Assembly (NCBI GenBank): GCA_964057225.1
Contig: OZ059894.1
Location: 12,834,001 to 12,898,000 of the forward strand
Direction: 5' to 3'
From: Auanema rhodensis
Taxonomy: Eukaryota > Animalia > Nematoda
Length of the DNA: 64,000 nucleotides
Shown: in pieces, positions 55,501 through 64,000 of the stretch
Numbering within the stretch: position 1 is the first letter of the stretch
How the letters are laid out: every line of letters begins with the position of its first letter
Position numbers and translations under genes: made by a program
Notes under the pieces: generated by a model
The model's input: only the letters and a program-made list of their open reading frames with translations
Database searches by the model: none
Told to the model about the DNA's origin: nothing

Positions 55501-58500
55501 TACGTGATTTAATGAAGAAAATAGAGTAAAATGAATTGGAAAATTATAAAATATTTCCATGTTTTATTTTTTTAGTATCAGAAAATTCAAATTAAGATCG
55601 TTTTTAATGTTTCAAATCTCAATGAACGAATGAATTGTTTCAAAACTATTGTAAAAATATGAGATTGTTTCAAAATACGTGATTAAATGAAGAAAATGGA
55701 GTAAAATGAATTGGAAAATTATAAAATATTTTCATGTTTTATTTCTTGAGTTTCAAAATATTCAAACTTTTTTTTTTCACTGTTTATAATCTTAATGAAC
55801 GAATGAATTGTTTCAAAACTATTGTAAAAATTTGAGATTGTTTCAAAATACGTGATTTAATGAAGAAAATGGAGTAAAATGAATTGGAAAATTATAAAAT
55901 ATTTTCATTTTTTATTTCTTGAGTATCAAAATATTCAAAATTATATCTTTTTTACTGTTAAAAACATTATTAACTGGATGATTTGTTTGGAAATTATTGT
56001 AAAAATATGAGATTGTTTCAAAATACGTGATTAAATGAAGAAAATGGAGCAAAATGAATTGGAAAATTATAAAATATTTTCATGTTTTATTTCTTGAGTA
56101 TCAAAATATTTAAACTTTTTTTTTTCACTGTTTAAAATCTTAATGAACGAATGAATTGTTTCAAAACTATTGTAAAAATATGAGATTGTTTCAAAATACG
56201 TGATTAAATGAAGAAAATGGAGTAAAATGAATTGGAAAATTATAAAATATTTCCATGTTTTATTTTCTTAGTATCAGAAAATTCAAATTAAGATCGTTTT
56301 CAATGTTTCAAATCTTAATGAACGAATTAATCGTTTCAAAACTATTGTAAAAATATGAGATTGTTTCAAAATACGTGATTAAATGAAGAAAATAGAGTAA
56401 AATGAATTGGAATATTATAAAATATTTTCATGTTTTATTTCTTGAGTATCAAAATATTCAAACTTTTTTTTTTCACTGTTTAAAATCTTAATGAACGAAT
56501 GAATTGTTTCAAAACTATTGTAAAAATTTGAGATTGTTTCAAAATACGTGATTAAATGAAGAAAATGGAGTAAAATGAATTGGAAAATTATAAAATATTT
56601 CCATGTTTTATTTTTTTAGTATCAGAAAATTCAAATTAAGATCGTTTTTAATGTTTCAAATCTCAATGAACGAATGAATTGTTTCAAAACTATTGTAAAA
56701 ATATGAGATTGTTTCAAAATACGTGATTAAATGAAGAAAATGGAGTAAAATGAATTGGAAAATTATAAAATATTTTCATGTTTTATTTCTTGAGTTTCAA
56801 AATATTCAAACTTTTTTTTTTCACTGTTTAAAATCTTAATGAACGAATGAATTGTTTCAAAACTATTGTAAAAATTTGAGATTGTTTCAAAATACGTGAT
56901 TTAATGAAGAAAATAGAGTAAAATGAATTGGAAAATTATAAAATATTTTCATGTTTTATTTTTTTAGTATCAGAAAATTCAAATTAAGATCGTTTTTAAT
57001 GTTTCAAATCTTAATGAACGAATGAATTGTTTCAAAACTATTGTAAAAATATGAGATTGTTTCAAAATACGTGATTAAATGAAGAAAATGGAGTAAAATG
57101 AATTGGAAAATTATAAAATATTTTCATTTTTTATTTCTTGAGTATCAAAATATTCAAAATTATATCTATTTTACTGTTAAAAACATTATTAACTGGATGA
57201 TTTGTTTGGAAATTATTGTAAAAATATGAGATTGTTTCAAAATACGTGATTAAATGAAGAAAATGGAGCAAAATGAATTGGAAAATTATAAAATATTTTC
57301 ATGTTTTATTTCTTGAGTATCAAAATATTTAAACTTTTTTTTTTCACTGTTTAAAATCTTACAGAACGAATGAATTGTTTCAAAACTATTGTAAAAATTT
57401 GAGATTGTTTCAAAATTTGTGATTAAATGAAGAAAATGGAGTAAAATGAATTGGAAAATTATAAAATATTTCCATGTTTTATTTTCTTAGTATCAGAAAA
57501 TTCAAATTAAGATCGTTTTTAATGTTTCAAATCTTAATGAACGAATGAATTGTTTCAAAACTATTGTAAAAATATGAGATTGTTTCAAAATACGTGATTA
57601 AATGAAGAAAATGGAGTAAAATGAATTGGAAAATTATAAAATATTTCCATGTTTTATTTTCTTAGTATCAGAAAATTCAAATTAAGATCGTTTTTAATGT
57701 TTCAAATCTTAATGAACGAATGAATTGTTTCAAAACTATTGTAAAAATATGAGATTAATTCAAAATACGTGATTAAATGAAGAAAATGGAGTAAAATGAA
57801 TTGGAAAATTATAAAATATTTTCATGTTTTATTTCTTGAGTTTCAAAATATTCAAACTTTTTTTTTTCACTGTTTAAAATCTTAATGAACGAATGAATTG
57901 TTTCAAAACTATTGTAAAAATATGAGATTGTTTCAAAATACGTGATTAAATGAAGAAAATGGAGTAAAATGAATTGGAAAATTATAAAATATTTTCATGT
58001 TTTATTTCTTGAGTTTCAAAATATTCAAACTTTTTTTTTTCACTGTTTAAAATCTTAATTAACGAATGAATTGTTTCAAAACTATTGTAAAAATATGAGA
58101 TTGTTTCAAAATACGTGATTAAATGAAGAAAATGGAGTAAAATGAATTGGAAAATTATAAAATATTTCCATGTTTTATTTTTTTAGTATCAGAAAATTCA
58201 AATTAAGATCGTTTTTAATGTTTCAAATCTCAATGAACGAATGAATTGTTTCAAAACTATTGTAAAAATATGAGATTGTTTCAAAATACGTGATTAAATG
58301 AAGAAAATGGAGTAAAATGAATTGGAAAATTATAAAATATTTTCATGTTTTATTTCTTGAGTTTCAAAATATTCAAACTTTTTTTTTTCACTGTTTAAAA
58401 TCTTAATGAACGAATGAATTGTTTCAAAACTATTGTAAAAATATGAGATTGTTTCAAAATACGTGATTAAATGAAGAAAATGGAGTAAAATGAATTGGAA

Positions 58501-61500
58501 AATTATAAAATATTTCCATGTTTTATTTTCTTAGTATCAGAAAATTCAAATTAAGATCGTTTTCAATGTTTCAAATCTTAATGAACGAATTAATCGTTTC
58601 AAAACTATTGTAAAAATATGAGATTGTTTCAAAATACGTGATTAAATGAAGAAAATAGAGTAAAATGAATTGGAATATTATAAAATATTTTCATGTTTTA
58701 TTTCTTGAGTATCAAAATATTCAAACTTTTTTTTTTCACTGTTTAAAATCTTAATGAACGAATGAATTGTTTCAAAACTATTGTAAAAATTTGAGATTGT
58801 TTCAAAATACGTGATTAAATGAAGAAAATGGAGTAAAATGAATTGGGAAATTATAAAATATTTCCATGTTTTATTTTTTTAGTATCAGAAAATTCAAATT
58901 AAGATCGTTTTTAATGTTTCAAATCTCAATGAACGAATGAATTGTTTCAAAACTATTGTAAAAATATGAGATTGTTTCAAAATACGTGATTAAATGAAGA
59001 AAATGGAGTAAAATGAATTGGAAAATTATAAAATATTTTCATGTTTTATTTCTTGAGTTTAAAAATATTCAAACTTTTTTTTTTCACTGTTTAAAATCTT
59101 AATGAACGAATGAATTGTTTCAAAACTATTGTAAAAATTTGAGATTGTTTCAAAATACGTGATTTAATGAAGAAAATAGAGTAAAATGAATTGGAAAATT
59201 ATAAAGTATTTCCATGTTTTATTTTTTTAGTATCAGAAAATTCAAATTAAGATCGTTTTTAATGTTTCAAATCTCAATGAACGAATGAATTGTTTCAAAA
59301 CTATTGTAAAAATATGAGATTGTTTCAAAATACGTGATTAAATGAAGAAAATGGAGTAAAATGAATTGGAAAATTATAAAATATTTTCATGTTTTATTTC
59401 TTGAGTTTCAAAATATTCAAACTTTTTTTTTTCACTGTTTATAATCTTAATGAACGAATGAATTGTTTCAAAACTATTGTAAAAATTTGAGATTGTTTCA
59501 AAATACGTGATTTAATGAAGAAAATGGAGTAAAATGAATTGGAAAATTATAAAATATTTTCATTTTTTATTTCTTGAGTATCAAAATATTCAAAATTATA
59601 TCTTTTTTACTGTTAAAAACATTATTAACTGGATGATTTGTTTGGAAATTATTGTAAAAATATGAGATTGTTTCAAAATACGTGATTAAATGAAGAAAAT
59701 GGAGCAAAATGAATTGGAAAATTATAAAATATTTTCATGTTTTATTTCTTGAGTATCAAAATATTTAAACTTTTTTTTTTCACTGTTTAAAATCTTAATG
59801 AACGAATGAATTGTTTCAAAACTATTGTAAAAATATGAGATTGTTTCAAAATACGTGATTAAATGAAGAAAATGGAGTAAAATGAATTGGAAAATTATAA
59901 AATATTTCCATGTTTTATTTTCTTAGTATCAGAAAATTCAAATTAAGATCGTTTTCAATGTTTCAAATCTTAATGAACGAATTAATCGTTTCAAAACTAT
60001 TGTAAAAATATGAGATTGTTTCAAAATACGTGATTAAATGAAGAAAATAGAGTAAAATGAATTGGAATATTATAAAATATTTTCATGTTTTATTTCTTGA
60101 GTATCAAAATATTCAAACTTTTTTTTTTCACTGTTTAAAATCTTAATGAACGAATGAATTGTTTCAAAACTATTGTAAAAATTTGAGATTGTTTCAAAAT
60201 ACGTGATTAAATGAAGAAAATGGAGTAAAATGAATTGGAAAATTATAAAATATTTCCATGTTTTATTTTTTTAGTATCAGAAAATTCAAATTAAGATCGT
60301 TTTTAATGTTTCAAATCTCAATGAACGAATGAATTGTTTCAAAACTATTGTAAAAATATGAGATTGTTTCAAAATACGTGATTAAATGAAGAAAATGGAG
60401 TAAAATGAATTGGAAAATTATAAAATATTTTCATGTTTTATTTCTTGAGTTTCAAAATATTCAAACTTTTTTTTTTCACTGTTTAAAATCTTAATGAACG
60501 AATGAATTGTTTCAAAACTATTGTAAAAATTTGAGATTGTTTCAAAATACGTGATTTAATGAAGAAAATAGAGTAAAATGAATTGGAAAATTATAAAATA
60601 TTTTCATGTTTTATTTTTTTAGTATCAGAAAATTCAAATTAAGATCGTTTTTAATGTTTCAAATCTTAATGAACGAATGAATTGTTTCAAAACTATTGTA
60701 AAAATATGAGATTGTTTCAAAATACGTGATTAAATGAAGAAAATGGAGTAAAATGAATTGGAAAATTATAAAATATTTTCATTTTTTATTTCTTGAGTAT
60801 CAAAATATTCAAAATTATATCTATTTTACTGTTAAAAACATTATTAACTGGATGATTTGTTTGGAAATTATTGTAAAAATATGAGATTGTTTCAAAATAC
60901 GTGATTAAATGAAGAAAATGGAGCAAAATGAATTGGAAAATTATAAAATATTTTCATGTTTTATTTCTTGAGTATCAAAATATTTAAACTTTTTTTTTTC
61001 ACTGTTTAAAATCTTACAGAACGAATGAATTGTTTCAAAACTATTGTAAAAATTTGAGATTGTTTCAAAATTTGTGATTAAATGAAGAAAATGGAGTAAA
61101 ATGAATTGGAAAATTATAAAATATTTCCATGTTTTATTTTCTTAGTATCAGAAAATTCAAATTAAGATCGTTTTTAATGTTTCAAATCTTAATGAACGAA
61201 TGAATTGTTTCAAAACTATTGTAAAAATATGAGATTGTTTCAAAATACGTGATTAAATGAAGAAAATGGAGTAAAATGAATTGGAAAATTATAAAATATT
61301 TCCATGTTTTATTTTCTTAGTATCAGAAAATTCAAATTAAGATCGTTTTTAATGTTTCAAATCTTAATGAACGAATGAATTGTTTCAAAACTATTGTAAA
61401 AATATGAGATTAATTCAAAATACGTGATTAAATGAAGAAAATGGAGTAAAATGAATTGGAAAATTATAAAATATTTTCATGTTTTATTTCTTGAGTTTCA

Positions 61501-64000
61501 AAATATTCAAACTTTTTTTTTTCACTGTTTAAAATCTTAATGAACGAATGAATTGTTTCAAAACTATTGTAAAAATATGAGATTGTTTCAAAATACGTGA
61601 TTAAATGAAGAAAATGGAGTAAAATGAATTGGAAAATTATAAAATATTTCCATGTTTTATTTTCTTAGTATCAGAAAATTCAAATTAAGATCGTTTTCAA
61701 TGTTTCAAATCTTAATGAACGAATTAATCGTTTCAAAACTATTGTAAAAATATGAGATTGTTTCAAAATACGTGATTAAATGAAGAAAATAGAGTAAAAT
61801 GAATTGGAATATTATAAAATATTTTCATGTTTTATTTCTTGAGTATCAAAATATTCAAACTTTTTTTTTTCACTGTTTAAAATCTTAATGAACGAATGAA
61901 TTGTTTCAAAACTATTGTAAAAATTTGAGATTGTTTCAAAATACGTGATTAAATGAAGAAAATGGAGTAAAATGAATTGGAAAATTATAAAATATTTCCA
62001 TGTTTTATTTTTTTAGTATCAGAAAATTCAAATTAAGATCGTTTTTAATGTTTCAAATCTCAATGAACGAATGAATTGTTTCAAAACTATTGTAAAAATA
62101 TGAGATTGTTTCAAAATACGTGATTAAATGAAGAAAATGGAGTAAAATGAATTGGAAAATTATAAAATATTTTCATGTTTTATTTCTTGAGTTTCAAAAT
62201 ATTCAAACTTTTTTTTTTCACTGTTTAAAATCTTAATGAACGAATGAATTGTTTCAAAACTATTGTAAAAATTTGAGATTGTTTCAAAATACGTGATTTA
62301 ATGAAGAAAATAGAGTAAAATGAATTGGAAAATTATAAAATATTTTCATGTTTTATTTTTTTAGTATCAGAAAATTCAAATTAAGATCGTTTTTAATGTT
62401 TCAAATCTTAATGAACGAATGAATTGTTTCAAAACTATTGTAAAAATATGAGATTGTTTCAAAATACGTGATTAAATGAAGAAAATGGAGTAAAATGAAT
62501 TGGAAAATTATAAAATATTTTCATTTTTTATTTCTTGAGTATCAAAATATTCAAAATTATATCTATTTTACTGTTAAAAACATTATTAACTGGATGATTT
62601 GTTTGGAAATTATTGTAAAAATATGAGATTGTTTCAAAATACGTGATTAAATGAAGAAAATGGAGCAAAATGAATTGGAAAATTATAAAATATTTTCATG
62701 TTTTATTTCTTGAGTATCAAAATATTTAAACTTTTTTTTTTCACTGTTTAAAATCTTACAGAACGAATGAATTGTTTCAAAACTATTGTAAAAATTTGAG
62801 ATTGTTTCAAAATTTGTGATTAAATGAAGAAAATGGAGTAAAATGAATTGGAAAATTATAAAATATTTCCATGTTTTATTTTCTTAGTATCAGAAAATTC
62901 AAATTAAGATCGTTTTTAATGTTTCAAATCTTAATGAACGAATGAATTGTTTCAAAACTATTGTAAAAATATGAGATTGTTTCAAAATACGTGATTAAAT
63001 GAAGAAAATGGAGTAAAATGAATTGGAAAATTATAAAATATTTCCATGTTTTATTTTCTTAGTATCAGAAAATTCAAATTAAGATCGTTTTTAATGTTTC
63101 AAATCTTAATGAACGAATGAATTGTTTCAAAACTATTGTAAAAATATGAGATTAATTCAAAATACGTGATTAAATGAAGAAAATGGAGTAAAATGAATTG
63201 GAAAATTATAAAATATTTTCATGTTTTATTTCTTGAGTTTCAAAATATTCAAACTTTTTTTTTTCACTGTTTAAAATCTTAATGAACGAATGAATTGTTT
63301 CAAAACTATTGTAAAAATATGAGATTGTTTCAAAATACGTGATTAAATGAAGAAAATGGAGTAAAATGAATTGGAAAATTATAAAATATTTTCATGTTTT
63401 ATTTCTTGAGTTTCAAAATATTCAAACTTTTTTTTTTCACTGTTTAAAATCTTAATTAACGAATGAATTGTTTCAAAACTATTGTAAAAATATGAGATTG
63501 TTTCAAAATACGTGATTAAATGAAGAAAATGGAGTAAAATGAATTGGAAAATTATAAAATATTTCCATGTTTTATTTTTTTAGTATCAGAAAATTCAAAT
63601 TAAGATCGTTTTTAATGTTTCAAATCTCAATGAACGAATGAATTGTTTCAAAACTATTGTAAAAATATGAGATTGTTTCAAAATACGTGATTAAATGAAG
63701 AAAATGGAGCAAAATGAATTGGAAAATTATAAAATATTTTCATGTTTTATTTCTTGAGTATCAAAATATTTAAACTTTTTTTTTTCACTGTTTAAAATCT
63801 TAATGAACGAATGAATTGTTTCAAAACTATTGTAAAAATATGAGATTGTTTCAAAATACGTGATTAAATGAAGAAAATGGAGTAAAATGAATTGGAAAAT
63901 TATAAAATATTTCCATGTTTTATTTTTTTAGTATCAGAAAATTCAAATTAAGATCGTTTTTAATGTTTCAAATCTCAATGAACGAATGAATTGTTTCAAA

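Larger units (their letters stand above)
1424..64000. repeat. AT-rich tandem satellite array, monomers of 173/175 bp (mean about 174), about 360 copies, head-to-tail, continuing beyond the window
   Basis: Monomer starts (TATTT) at 1441, 1614, 1787, 1962, 2135, 2310, 2485 and onward, spaced 173 or 175 bp. All share the core GAATTGTTTCAAAACTATTGTAAAAATATGAGATTGTTTCAAAATACGTGATTAAATGAAGAAAATGGAGTAAAATGAATTGGAAAATTATAAAA (altered in type C). I saw no inversion or foreign insert. Confidence 0.99.

Noticed and set aside
1424-64000. CRISPR array (conserved blocks alternating with variable blocks)
   Set aside because: The variable parts fall into just three related classes rather than unique spacers, the period is 173-175 bp, and no cas genes are present.

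Overview
This is eukaryotic (most likely animal) DNA in two parts. (1) Bases 1-1423 look like the 3' end of an LTR retrotransposon on the + strand, probably BEL/Pao-like. It has a 5'-truncated ORF open from base 1 to a TGA at 529-531, a polypurine tract (553-564) and an 859-bp LTR (TGT...ACA, 565-1423). The LTR carries three perfect ATGACTCAT bZIP sites, a TATA box and an AATAAA signal. The ORF does not resemble an integrase C-terminus. It encodes a coiled coil flanked by disordered segments with NLS-like, LC8-binding-like (GTQTP) and late-domain-like (LPSY) motifs, so it may be an undescribed accessory protein. (2) Bases 1424-64000 are one uninterrupted, single-orientation, very AT-rich satellite array of about 360 monomers. 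There are three monomer classes: A (173 bp, T10 tract), B (175 bp) and a rare divergent C (175 bp, 22 copies). They form an 18-monomer, 3132-bp higher-order repeat (HOR) that has been reshuffled by in-register deletions and duplications traceable through private SNPs. The overall picture is a retrotransposon abutting, probably inserted into, a centromere/heterochromatin-type HOR satellite. Species, family names and function cannot be established from this window alone. All counts were made by eye.
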